Shown: positions 1-11,900 of the stretch, in pieces
Layout of the letters: the number at the start of each line of letters is the position of its first letter
How positions within the stretch are numbered: the first letter of the stretch is position 1
Origin: Macrostomum lignano
Lineage: Eukaryota
Assembly: GCA_002269645.1 (NCBI GenBank)
Contig: NIVC01000584.1
Coordinates: 1-64,000, forward strand
Direction of reading: 5' to 3'
Length of the DNA: 64,000 nucleotides
Translations under genes and position numbers: made by a program
Notes under the pieces: generated by a model
Databases searched by the model: none
The model's input: the letters and a program-made list of their open reading frames with translations, nothing else
What the model was told of the DNA's origin: nothing

Positions 1-960
1 GGCAGCTCGCCCAGCTCGAGCTTCGGGTTGGCCAGGCAGACCAGGTCTCCGGGCTGCAGTTCCACAGGCTTGGGTTGGTTCTCGTAGTACTCTATGCGAC
101 GTTGAATCTCAGCTGCAATCGCTGTTGTACAATCCTTTCGGTCTCGGCCAGTCTGCGCTGATGCTTCGCGATATACTCGGGGGAGGTCCGGCGATACGTC
201 CAGGCGGTCTAGGGTGTTATCGATCGGATACCGGTAGGGCACTCCGTAGATGACGTAATGCGGCGAGAATCCCGTCGTACGGTTGACAGCTGATCTCAGA
301 GCTGTCAGAGCGGCTGGCAGCATCTTGTCCCACTGTTGATGATCTTCGAGAGACACGTGAGTACCTTCTTGATGTTCTTGTTGCACGACTCAGCTTGTCC
401 GCTGGCCCAGGGCGAGTATGGCGGCGTCGTAGTCTGTCGAATGCCATAGACTTCGCAGAAATGTCGAAACTCGTGTCCTGTGAACTGTTTCCCTTGATCG
501 GAGTGAATCCATGCCGGGATTCCGGTGATTGGAAACACTTGTTCCTGGAGCAGAGTGATAATCGTCTTGGCCCGCTGATTCTTCATGGCGAAAGCGAATG
601 GATACTTTGACGTCGTGTCAACGTAGGTGAGGATGTACTTGTTGCCGCCGGTCTGTTGGGTCTCCAGTGGGGCCCAGGATGTCGATTGCACATCACCCAT
701 AGATTTCGCAGACCGGAACGACTGTACAAGTGCCAGAATTTGTTGCCGTCCTTTGCTCTGAGTGCAGGTCTGGCAGGAAGCGACATAGTCGGACACGGCC
801 TTGGCCAGGACCAGTCGCCAGAACCTTTCGCGCACCTTCGCGATGGTGAGATCTCAGCCCATGTGTCCGCAGTAAGGCGAGCCATGCAGGTCGGCAAACA
901 CAGTGGGGTCGAGGCTCTTCGGCAGGACGATCCTCGCTTTGTCCTCCTCGCCAACATCGT
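1..960 (-). pseudogene. Gypsy integrase (HHCC zinc finger + catalytic core), disrupted
   Basis: HGSPYCGH...SCQTC zinc finger across ORFs at 583-957/305-835; core motifs TYVDTTSKY, IHSDQGKQF, PPYSPWASGQAE. Confidence 0.92.
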
Positions 961-1859
961 CGAGATGGATGACTAATAGTCTGTTGTCTCGGACTTCCAA
1001 TTGCTCATAGAATGCTAAGAGATTTCGCTCATCTCTTTGTTAGATTTAATCACTGATTCAGCGGCGGCTTCGGTTGTCGACTTTCAATTAAGTTGATCAT
1101 CATTGCAATGGCAGAGTCAGCTCGCTGATGGGTCTGGAGCTCCTTGCGGGTGACTGGCCTCGGAATGTGATCAGTTAGATTCAGAGTTTGGCGTCGATTA
1201 GTCGGATTAGTCGAATTTGTCGGCGCGGCTTCGGCTGTGGCGGCATGGTTCGGGTCTGGAGCTCCCTCCACATAATCGCTACTCTGGCGCGGTTGCTGGT
1301 CGATGAAGAATTTGAAGGCCAATCCTCGTCGGTCGCGTCGGCGTCACTGTCGGCATTAGCTTCATCAGCAGATGAGGGTAAGTCAGCAGAACTGTTGGCG
1401 TCGATGCTGAATCTCACTCGTTTCTTGAACACCAGACTCCGAGCGGGTTGGCAGCTGTCGTTGCTGGCTGCACTGTGGTCGCTGTCCTCGTCGCCTTTAG
1501 CTAGTAGATGGCGGCTCCTTGACGGGCAACATGTCGTGCTGCTAAAACTAGTGGCGACCTCTGTGAGTCTCGAAAACGGCTGGCTGATGGCCGCGGCTTC
1601 GTCGCCGGCGGGTGCAGCGCTGTCAGTGGCTTGCTGTTGGCTGTCGATGTTGCTGGCGGCGTTGCCTCGCCATTGGACTCCTTTGGCTTCGTCGGCAGTT
1701 TCCGTTGCTTATGGCGGGTCGACGGCTTCCTGCTCAGCGGAGGGCTAGGATGGCTGCTGTCGAGGACCTTCAGCGCCGCTGCGCCCGTTTTGCGGCTGGC
1801 TGCTTACTTTGAACCTCCTCTGCTGCCTCACGCTGGGCCTCCTCCATGCATTCGGCGTC

Positions 1860-3561
1860 GTCCTGGGGCCGTCTCGAGAGACCGTCGGCGTTCTGATGCT
1901 GACTTGACTTCCGGTGCTGGATCTCAAACTCGAACTCTCTAAGGCGCTGTAGCCATTGTCCAAATATTCCTTCTTGCTAGGTTCGCCTTAAGATCCAGGT
2001 TAATGCGGCATGGTCGTTCAGCAGATGAACTTCTTGGCCAGCAGGTAGAATTGAAAATGTCGCATTCCGTCTACAACTGCCAATAGTTCTTGTTTAGTGA
2101 TCGGATACCGGGCTTTGGCCGGTTTGAGTCGCCGGGAGAAATAGCCAATTGGGCGCTCAACTCCGTCAGCTTGGCGTTGGCTCAGGCAGGCTCCAATTCT
2201 GGTTGCAGAAGCATCCATGTCCAGGATGAACATAACTTCCGGGTCCTCACTGAACTGCAGATACGCGAGCACTGATGTCGAAGCCAAGGCTGCTTTGAGC
2301 TGGTCAAACGCGTCTTGCTGGGCTTTTCCCCATAGACAGTTGAAATTTCGGATTTTCTTCTCTTTAATTAGACTGTGGAGCGGAGCAGCAAGTTCTGCGT
2401 AGCCAGGTACGAATTTAGCATAATAGGTGCACGTGCAGACAAAATTCTTAAGTTGTCGTGCTGTTCTTGTCTTGGCCAGGTTTGAATAGCTTCGATTTTC
2501 GCCGGGTCGGTTTTGATTCCATCTTTTATTACAACATGGCCCAGATAGTTTAAACTTGCCCAAAATAGATGGCACTTCTTGCCCTTGAACTTGAGATTAG
2601 CGCCTTGGACTCGCTTGAATACTTCCTCCATATGCCGTAGATGGTCATTAAATCTCTTAAAATAGACGATTACATCATCCAGGTAGGCTATTGCACTTTT
2701 GTAGGCAATCCCGTTGAGCACAGTGTTCATGAGGTGCATGAAGCTGGCTGGAGCTGAACTTAATCCCATAGGCATAACATTGTAGGCAAACTGTCCGTGG
2801 TGCAGCGTGGCGAAGGCAGTCAGGTCTTGATCTTCCGGACGCAGAGGAATCTGATAGTAGCCGCTATTCAAATCGAACGTACTGAATAGCTGGCTTCCTT
2901 CAAGGCTGGCGAATGCTTCTTGAATGTTAGGAATCGGGTATAGAAAATATCCGCACTTCTGATTCAGACTCCGAAAATCTTGCACAATCCGCAGGCTGCC
3001 GTCCTTCTTCGGGATGATCACCAGCAGGGTGTTGTAGCTGGAGAAGCTCGGTCAAATCACGCCTTTGGCCAGGAGATCGTTGAGTAGCTGATCCACTTTG
3101 GGCAGAAGATGCGGTGGGATCCGTCGAGTCAGCAGATGCACCGGATTCGTGTCCTTTACTCGTAGCACAATACTGTGGGTGAACAGATGAGTTCGGCCAA
3201 GATCGTGTGGCCCCTGAGAGAAGATGGTCTTGTACTTCTTCAATAGCTCGATGACTTGAGCACGCTGGTCACTGGACAGATCTTCGCTGATGTCAATCTC
3301 CTTGATCCAAGAGTCAGGATCTTTGTCTTGAATTTGATTGACAGAGTCCTCTGGCTTCAGCAGCGGGAAGAACTGTAGCTCGGGCAGTCTGATTGGTCTA
3401 GCAATCCCGACTAGGGCATTCGCTCGTACTCTGATTGATGTTGTTCCTCGATTAATCATTTCGATAGTGCCTTGTCCATTAGCCATAGATATTAGTGCCG
3501 GCGCTGCGTCCAGATGCTGCACATCTTCTTTGCGCCAAGCTGGTTTTAGCGGCTCGATCAC
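1860..3561 (-). pseudogene. Gypsy reverse transcriptase + RNase H, frameshifted
   Basis: ORF 2368-3021 has KKDGSLRIVQDFRSLN, FDLNSGYYQI, MPMGL, AYLDD. ORF 2018-2575 has DASATRIGACLSQ and ELLAVV. RNase H ends in HQNADGLSR near 1865-1895. Confidence 0.95.
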
Positions 3562-3612
3562 AGCGGGTGTACCCTGATTTTCTTCTCGTCCTTTTGCAAG
3601 CTTAATTTTAAT

Positions 3613-4110
3613 TTAGGCTGATGACAGTGGTGGCACCATAGTGCTCTCGGCTGTGTAGATTCTGCACGTGGTAGCCTCAGCTCGCGTGTAGCGAAGTGGT
3701 GCGGCAGTGCCGTCCTTGAAAAACAGCATCCCGGCGGCGAGATCTAGTGATGTGCTGTACTTCTCTAGGAACTCAAAGCCCAGGATGTTGTCGTGCGATC
3801 CTTTCGCTAGCAGAAACTTAACTGTTGGCTCGAAATTACCAATCTTCACTTTAATAGTTAGTTGGCCTACCATTTGAATTGGTTCACCATTGTAGGTCAC
3901 GATACGTTGCAGGCAAGGCTAAATTTGGCCACGCAGGGTCAGGTCGTCGGTACATAGGCGGTGCCAGGTGCTGAATCCTAGGACTTCGCACTTGGAGCCG
4001 GTGTCAAGCAAGAAAGCAAAATAACGGCCTTGAATCTCACCAGTTAAAAACGGATCCCTTCGAGGTCGCTTGGGTGCAGAATTCTGTACAGGTGCGGCGG
4101 AGGTGGTCTC
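3613..4110 (-). pseudogene. Gypsy aspartic protease, split over frames
   Basis: FLLDTGS at the end of ORF 3919-5217 and NILGFEFL in ORF 3613-3900. Confidence 0.88.
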
Positions 4111-6176
4111 AGCAGTGGCCTGCTGAGCGACTAAAGTCCTCAGCGGGGACTTTAGTGCTGGCGCGGCTGCTGGATGGCGCTGCCCCGATGGCGCATCCAG
4201 CCGTCCCATTTCCCGAGCTGCCGTTGCGTTGGGACGCGGTGCTGGCCAACCGCCGGTGCGGGCACTCATCGGCACGATGCTTGCAATTGCACCTGTAGCA
4301 CATTGCGCTTTGTCGCCGCAGCTGGTAAGGCGGCGGCCTTGAACTCGGCTGCTGCTGCTGCTGCTGTTGCTGCTGCTGACGTTGACCTCCTGCTGGCGGC
4401 GTTCTTGGCGGCGGATTACTGCCGTCTCGAGGTTGCTGAAGTCGATGGAACAGTAGCTGCAGCACCATTCGCGTCGCTCGTCCTCACGATCTGGCGACTC
4501 ATCACCGACCTCCCAGCTCAGACCAGGCTCCACTTCCAATGGGTTCCTGGCCACGCGGACATTGCTGGTAACGAGGCGGCGGACGCCCTCGCCCGCGAAG
4601 CTGCAGAATTGGAACCGAACACCGCGCAACTTTCCCAGGCCTCCGCCAAAAATGCCGTCCGCCACGTACTGTCCAATTGGAGAACTGCGCGGGACCGCAC
4701 GCATCCGCACCTGACTCCGACGCCAGGCCACGATGACCTTCCCAGGTGGGGCCAGGTGACGGTCAGCCAAATCCGCACTAAGAAATCCCCCCTGACTCGC
4801 GACACCCTGTGTCGGTTCGGCCTCGCTCAGAACGACCGATGCGCCGACTGCGGAGAACCGGACTCGGTCGATCATCTTATGCTCTACTGCCCCTGCCACC
4901 ACCAGGCCCGCATCCGCACCTGGGGCGGGGTGGTCATTTCCTGGAACGACGTTCTCGAGGGTGGCGGCGCCCTCATCTGTGACTACCTCAAGAGGGTGGG
5001 TCGGACCGAGCCGCCCATCGACGACCCTGGCGGCCACCCGGCCCCGCCCCGGCCGCCTGCGGGCGGTCGGAGGTCGGAGTGAAGAAAAGAAAGCACCATT
5101 CGCGTGCCGGGTGTCGTAAATTGGGCGCTTCCGTTGGCGCTGCGGCGAGGAGTCGAGGGCACCAAACATCTGTTGCGCTGGCCCCAGGAATCCCGCGGCG
5201 GATGGCGAGGTTCCCATGGCTCCGGGGTGTCGTTGTCGCGCGATCCCCGTGAGTAGAATTCTCGCATTTCATTACTCAAAGTCTCCAGTAGTTGTCGCTG
5301 CTCTTGCAGAGTCTCGACTTGTTGTTCCATGACCTCACGCAACCAGTTCTCCTTGGGCCGAGATGACTTGTCATCATGTTGCACCACAGTGGGCGGCTGA
5401 CTGTTGTCATCCTCGAGAACCCGGACGTGTCTCGCTGCTGGCGGCGGTGCTACTCGCTGAGCCAGACTAGCTGCTGTCTCCAAGTGTAGCACGGCCCGTC
5501 TCGCTGCAGTCAGATTCTGCGGTCGCACCAGGATTAGCTGTTCTCTTGCCGACTGAGCAATCCACACTCCCACTGTGAACTGATCCACCAGTTCAGCCTG
5601 CTTCTGAACCGGGGTAAAATGCGGAAATGCTCTATCGGCCAGAGCAATTAGTTGATCGCCATAGTCGTCAACACTCTCGTTCTTGCCTTGCTGGCAGCTT
5701 CGGAATTGCTCCCGGTACTCCAGCGTGTTGGCCACATGCGTAAAGCGTTCAGACAGTCGTTGTTTGAACTCACCAAACGTCAGATTGTCTGGCAGCTCCA
5801 TCCTGACGACCGCGGGATAGGTTGTGGCAATGTCCAGGTTCACAAGGGCCTCGGCCTTCTTGCGTCTATCGTCTGTGATCCCGTTGAGCTCGCAACGCTC
5901 TTCCAGAGCCTGGATCCAGACGTCGAATTCCTGGTTCTGCGTATACCGCTGAATCTTGACCGGTTTCGGCGCCGGAGCTCGATCCTGCTGCTGGGGCTGC
6001 TGGTACACATGATGATGGTGTTGCGGCTGGCCCAGGCTGGTCTGCTCCAGTCGCCGGCGCACCTCTTTGGTCACTGCGGGAATCATCTCGTCGTAGGTTG
6101 GTCTTGTCATTGAGTTGTCAGGGCCTGCAGCGTCGGCTGTCGCGTCCGCGGCCGTTGAATTAGTAGTTGAAGCCAT
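4109..6176 (-). pseudogene. Gypsy gag (478 aa after removing the LINE insert) with a CCHC-type knuckle
   Basis: ATG at 6176. ORF 4983-6308 joins ORF 4109-4468 in frame through the duplicated TRMVL codons. Knuckle CYRCNCKHRADEC. Confidence 0.9.
4475..5091 (+). mobile_element. 5'-truncated non-LTR retrotransposon (I-group-like: RNase H C-terminus + CCHC finger) inserted in gag
   Basis: FQWVPGHADIAGNEAADALAREAA and CADCGEPDSVDHLMLYC. Stop at 5080-5082 followed by GA-rich tail. TSD AGCACCATTCGCGT at 4461-4474 and 5092-5105. Confidence 0.93.
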
Positions 6177-6567
6177 AGTAGTGTAGCATTTGAACGACTC
6201 ATTGAAAGGGTTTCGGCGTTTCTTTATCCCACTTAGCTGACCACCAGTGAGGTGGGGGTGGAGAAGATTTTTCTTGGAAATTGGTCGGTTTTGAAAATTT
6301 GCTGACACCAGTGAGGTGGGGCGGATTCCTCATTTGAATTGCTGCCCAATGTTGAGTTCGCACGAATAAAACTGGAAAAATTGTGCAGACAAATCTCAAC
6401 AGGAAAAATCTTTCTCCTTTTACTCTGGCTGCCGGGTTCTCAAGTCCGGGGGAGGGTAGTCGTAATCGTAGCAGAGCGGTCATGTAGCGGCGCAGTCATT
6501 CAAAGCGATGAGACACCATAAATGAATGCATAGATTTGCTAAGCTTATTACTTCCAGTAGGGTAGTT

Positions 6568-6580
6568 GCTGCCACCACCA
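6568..6580 (-). promoter_or_regulatory. Primer-binding site, probably tRNA-Leu
   Basis: TGGTGGTGGCAGC a few nt downstream of the LTR end. TGGTGGCAGC is complementary to a typical tRNA-Leu 3' end. Same motif at 51331-51343. Confidence 0.7.
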
Positions 6581-6587
6581 TAATTTA

Positions 6588-7274
6588 CGTATTACAGAAC
6601 GGATAAGTCTCAGAGCTTTCTTTGAGATGAGAGCTTTGGTTATTTTACGCCCCACGGGCAAATGATTCAAGAGAAGCTATGGCTCAACAAATGAAATTAA
6701 AAGCTAATTTAATGATGTCGGTTTATTATGGTAACTTAGTTAAGATAATAGCAGGTGAGCACTGAATAAAGTTAATATTACTATTATTTAAACACTCGAG
6801 ATGAATTCGCTCTTGCGGCGCCGGGGAGCTAAATGAATTCAATAAAATATTACCACTAATTTAATGAATCAAAGCTTACTAGTTGAGGAAAACAGAAAAT
6901 GGAAAGGAATGGTAGGGATGAGAAAAAACGGAAGGAAGGGGAAGGTATGAGGAAACTGGGCACAACAATTAGCAGAATAAATACCCGAAAGGGGGCTGAC
7001 AAGTACTGGAAGCAAACGCTGGGCAAACAGAAATTCACGGGATGGACCGGCTCAAAAACATTGGGACAGGGCGGATAACAAAATTTCAACGAAGGGACGA
7101 CAAAAAACAGCGAAGGGACGCGACCAGGCCACAGAAAGGAAAGGGAGCTGGGCAGACAATGGACAAAAATTGGGGTGAAAAGACTGGTTGGGTCAGTAAA
7201 TTAAAGTTTTGATAGCGCTTAAAATTATTAAAAAACTGAGTCCAAACAATTACTGTGGCATCCCGCCTGCCACA
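6588..7274 (-). mobile_element. 5' LTR of the gypsy element (about 690 bp)
   Basis: Starts TGTGGCAGGCGGGATGCCACA, ends ...TAATACG just before the PBS, has an internal AATAAA. Both ends align with 50609-51323. Confidence 0.8.
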
Positions 7275-8135
7275 CCTTTTTATGTTTTGACAATAAATTA
7301 CCTTTTTAAATTGTGTAAAGGACTCTTTTAGGCTAATAATTTGGTTAATATTTATGCTTTTTGCTAATATTATTCATAGTAGAAAAATTGATACATGCAA
7401 AAATTTGTTTAAATGCCCTATTTTCTACTATATTTAATATATTTTATTTTATTTAATATATTTATATATTTATTATCTATTTAATAGTAATCTGCATATG
7501 CTAAAAGTATTAAGATTTATTATGATGATTTTTTTCCAATTATTGAGCTGTCCTAAAGATCTTGTCCCAAATTCCCGAGGCCCGACCCGGGCCCGAGTCC
7601 TCATTCCCAGGCCTTAGGTAAGCAATGTCTTTAGGTAAGCAATACTATATGGAGGAAAACATATTCTAGTCCATGGAAAACAGTGAGAGGCTCTACCTAC
7701 CACAATTTCAATCTATTTAACTAGGGACTAGGCCTAACTTTGGCAAAGCAATTTGCCTAGCCAAGCTAAGCCTTATTAATAGAGGCTAGAGTCCAGATCA
7801 TGCTGGGTACATTCAGTGCATGCCCACACTCTCAAAACTAGACTAGAGTTGCAACAACCCTTTTTATCTGATAATTTTGCTAAAATCAATCACACACGGA
7901 TAGACCATTTTTAGTATATTGGATTTACCTTTTTTGCCTATACTATTTATGGCACTTAATCAATATACACAAACATTAGTTCAAATGCCTTAATTATAAG
8001 CTTTAAAAACAGAAAGCTTGAGTTATATATTTAAAAATGAATATTTCCATCTTTTTTAACTTTAGGTAACACTAATTCATTTTTCTTTGTGACTCTATAA
8101 AGTGCATGTTATCTGTGCATATATATTATTTCTCT

Positions 8136-8777
8136 GGATGCAGGCAAATTTGGTGACTAAGAAATTTAGTGACAGAAATTTAATGTGGACAAATTCGGCA
8201 AAAGCAAATTCAGCAACAATCTAGCCAAATTCAGCAACAATTCCCTTTATAGCCAGAGATAAGTTAAAGCAAATTTATACATGTACATGTAATAAGGCTT
8301 TCTTAAAATTCTTGTGAATGTTTATAAATGCAAAATAATGGCTGCATAAGCATGTTAAGATGGCCAGAAAAGTGTTGTTAAATTGGAAATCCCATATCTT
8401 TGAAAATGTGCTGGTGGGCTATGTACTACTTGACATTTTTTATTTTGTGATTTTTTTTTAGAATTTTTCCTGGCAACTCCCTTTCCTAGATATTGTAACC
8501 AGCAGAATGACCTTTATTAGGCATATGAGGAAATCCCTTTTCTTGTTTTCCCCAAGTCCCATTGCTTTTGAGACCACCCCACCTTAAAATTAATAAACAT
8601 TTCTTGGAAAGGACTTAATACCATTGTACTTAAGGAATTTCCAAAATTATACATGATTCCTTTTCCTTCATTAAATGGAACCAAATTGCCTAGGTTGTTG
8701 CCAAATTTGCTTTTGCCAAATTTGTCCATTGTGAATCTCTGTTGCCGAATTTGTTTGTTGCCAACTTTGTTAGCACC
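8136..8777. mobile_element. Old MITE/foldback-like element with degenerate inverted subterminal repeats
   Basis: GGACAAATTCGGCAAAAGCAAATTCAGCAACAATCTAGCC (about 8187-8226) is mirrored by CCTAGGTTGTTGCCAAATTTGCTTTTGCCAAATTTGTCC (about 8689-8727). No TSD recognisable. Confidence 0.6.
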
Positions 8778-8981
8778 TCTAAGATATATACTTAGAGGTA
8801 AAGTTTTATATTTATTTAAAAATTAAATGTAGGCTTCGTTAAAGTAATTGAAGTTCTATATAATCTGCTGCCATTGTGGCCATTCTTTTTATATTGGTGC
8901 ATTATTTAGCAAAATATAAATAAACATACTTGCATTAATTTAAATTACAGAATCAGAAGTTCAATTTTTATATTAAGTACC

Positions 8982-11900
8982 ATGGTTACTGATTATCACA
9001 AGGTTGACCATGTTCCCAAGGATGTCAATTTCACTGACAAGTTTGCTAGTAAATTTCTGGTTTCATCAGAAAATAGTGAACTTCCATTGCTTGTAAGTTT
9101 AATATTGTCTTTTTTTAAATTAAGTGTTTGTGTTTGAAGTAATACATTAATTATTATTGTTTTTATTTCAGAACTGTAAGGACATCTCAGAAGTTCTGGA
9201 TAATGGGCCCTGCTCATCTAGCCTGAAAATTTTCAAATCAGAACCACTGCCTGCTGCTATGCCAGTGAGATTTATGTGAATATGCTAATTTTATATGTTA
9301 AGTGAAGCTGTAGTCCAACTTTTAAATCAAATATAAATATAAACTGAAGTATTTATTTTGAGCACGAAAATTGAGTCACCTCCCACTGAAGCATCGGAAA
9401 AGCATACACTGTATGAGCTAAGCGTCCCCCACCGCGCCTTTAGCATCTTCTTTAGCTTTAGCTTCCGGCCCTGACTTGCTCACAAACTGCACCCGCTGTT
9501 TTAGCCCGAGAAAGACTGCTCAGCCAAGAGCACTTTGCCAGCCATAATGAGTGTGGACCGAATGTGCGAATCTGAGCCCAGCAGGGGTCAGAAGCCGAAA
9601 GAGTGGCAGCCTCTAATAGATGGTCAACAAGTCGGCGGGCTCAAGGATGCAGTGAGTTTCAGGCTGCTGTGCATTTTACTGATTCGGCGTCATGGTTGTC
9701 CAGTCATGCTAAGCGAGTTACTGTTTTCAATTGACACTTTTCCAGGACCCTCTGGTGAGGCAGCCTTTGGACAAGACCACTGTTGCTGGCGGGCTTCTGT
9801 CTGAGAATGACAATGAATACTATGACTACGGGCCCTCAATGTCGGTAATGAAAAGTGAATTTAATTATCGCCAACTATGGTTCCTTGTAATTATCACATT
9901 TTACTTGTTGCATTTCAGGCTGTTTCAGCTCCGTGTACTGAGTCTCCTCCCTCTGATGGAGCTCCGTGTACTGAGGCTCCTCCCTCTGATGGAGCTCCGT
10001 GTACTGAGGCTCCTCCCTCTGATGGAGCTCCGTGTACTGAGGCTCCTCCCTCTGATGGAGCTCCGTGTACTGAGTCTCCTCCCTCTGATGGAGCTCCGTG
10101 TACTGAGGCTCCTCCCTCTGATGGAGCTCCGTGTACTGAGGCTCCTCCCTCTGATGGAGCTCCGTGTACTGAGGCTCCTCCCTCTGATGGAGCTCCGTGT
10201 ACTGAGGCTCCTCCCTCTGATGGAGCTCCGTGTACTGAGTCTCCTCTCTCTGATGGAGCTCCGTGTACTGAGGCTCCTCCCTCTGATGGAGCTCCGTGTA
10301 CTGAGGCTCCTCCCTCTGATGGAGCTCCGTGTACTGAGGCTCCTCCCTCTGATGGAGCTCCGTGTACTGAGGCTCCTCCCTCTGATGGAGCTCCGTGTAC
10401 TGAGTCTCCTCTCTCTGATGGAGCTCCGTGTACTGAGTCTCCTCCCTCTGATGGAGCTCCGTGTACTGAGGCTCCTCTCTCTGATGGAGCTCCGTGTACT
10501 GAGTCTCCTCCCTCTGATGGAGCTCCGTGTACTGAGGCTCCTCCCTCTGATGGAGCTCCGTGTACTGATGCTTCATTTGGCACGTCACGTCCTCGAGGAC
10601 GAGGTAAAGGGAGTCGTCCGAAACCAGCGAAGGCCTCGGCGAATAAAAAAGCCGTCCCTGTACCCTCTGAGGCGCACCGCGAGGCGGCCGAATTAATGCA
10701 TGATTTTCACAGCAAATGCAAGTATATTTATGTGTTGTATTAACTAATGGAGTGTACTGAATGCATATGCATTTTATTTTTATGTATAAAAGAGACTATA
10801 ATATTACTACATCCATAATTATCTGGAATGACGCGGAATTGAACCCTTTTGCATAAAACAAAGCTTACACTTTATTGCATTTCCGCTTACACTTGCAGTG
10901 TTTTTTGATTCACCTAGACGGTACAGATACCTACACCAGTTCGTCATCATCCTGATCATGGCGAATTGCAATCAGCTGGAGCCGCACAACGCCCTGCTGG
11001 CTTCGCTTGTCAAATTTTGCGACGCCAATAAAAAGAATTGCCAGCCGCAGATTTTTGATAGCCATGACGGCGTGCACTTCCGGTTCTTACCAGAAGGAAC
11101 TGTCGACGTTGGCATCCTGTGGGCTCTGTTTAAAGCCCAGCAGCCCTCCGACTCTCCGCAGCCCTCTGACGCAGCAGCGTCAAGGCGTGACGGGAAGATC
11201 AAAAAGCCCTCCGACTACAGCTTCACTAGAGTCACCGACGCTATCAAGTAGGTCATGTAATGGATCTTTTTTAGGATAGTTTATTTTGTACTCCTAATTG
11301 CTTAAAGTTAAGGTAGTTTATAATGATTGCAAAGAGTACCAGGACAGTGAATGAAAGGCCAAAAAAGTGCAGGGCAGTATGTGAGTACTAATACTGCCCT
11401 GCTCCGAGTTTACTAAGTACATAAAGTCCTAGTTGCAAACAGGGCGGACCAACGAGAGGAGCTCACAGCGTCAAAACTCTGGTGATGATGTTCGCCGGTG
11501 AAACGCATTTACTTGTGACGTGTATAGTCTATGTGAAGCGGATAGGTAAAATAGGTAGATTTATGAGAAAAAATAATTTATAATGTGATTAATAGGAAGT
11601 CGAAAATCAACATTAAATTTGTAGCGACACGTTTCGCACGAAACTGTGCATCTTCAGGCTAGGTTTATTTTTTGAGCGAAAAAAACGAGTGAAAACGGCA
11701 ATAAATACAAAAATTTTGGGGTAAATTCAATCAATATTTAATATTTAATATTCAAAGTACATGTTTATTGGTCCAAAAGTCGAGAGGCAAAGTCCAGGGA
11801 CGGAATGGTAGTCGAAATAGTTAGAAGTATAAAAATGTACATCCAGCGCCCCCTATAGGATAGGCAATGAGACATTGAAACCAACGATTGGATGACCCTT

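Larger units (their letters stand above)
1..7274 (-). mobile_element. Ty3/gypsy LTR retrotransposon, decayed; 3' end lies beyond the window start
   Basis: Order on - strand is LTR, PBS, gag, protease, RT, RNase H, integrase (gypsy order). Multiple stops and frameshifts in pol. Confidence 0.95.

Noticed and set aside
4109-4330. Programmed +1 gag-pol frameshift
   Set aside because: The protease frame is +1 to gag, but no recognisable shifty site is visible and pol has several degenerative frameshifts.
4174-5082. 302-aa + strand ORF as a stand-alone RNase H gene
   Set aside because: Its first 100 codons are antisense gag; only 4475 onward is LINE, as shown by the TSD.
11477-11515. Second hammerhead on + (CTGGTGATGATG...GAAACGCAT)
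   Set aside because: The core is altered and helices I and II cannot be formed.
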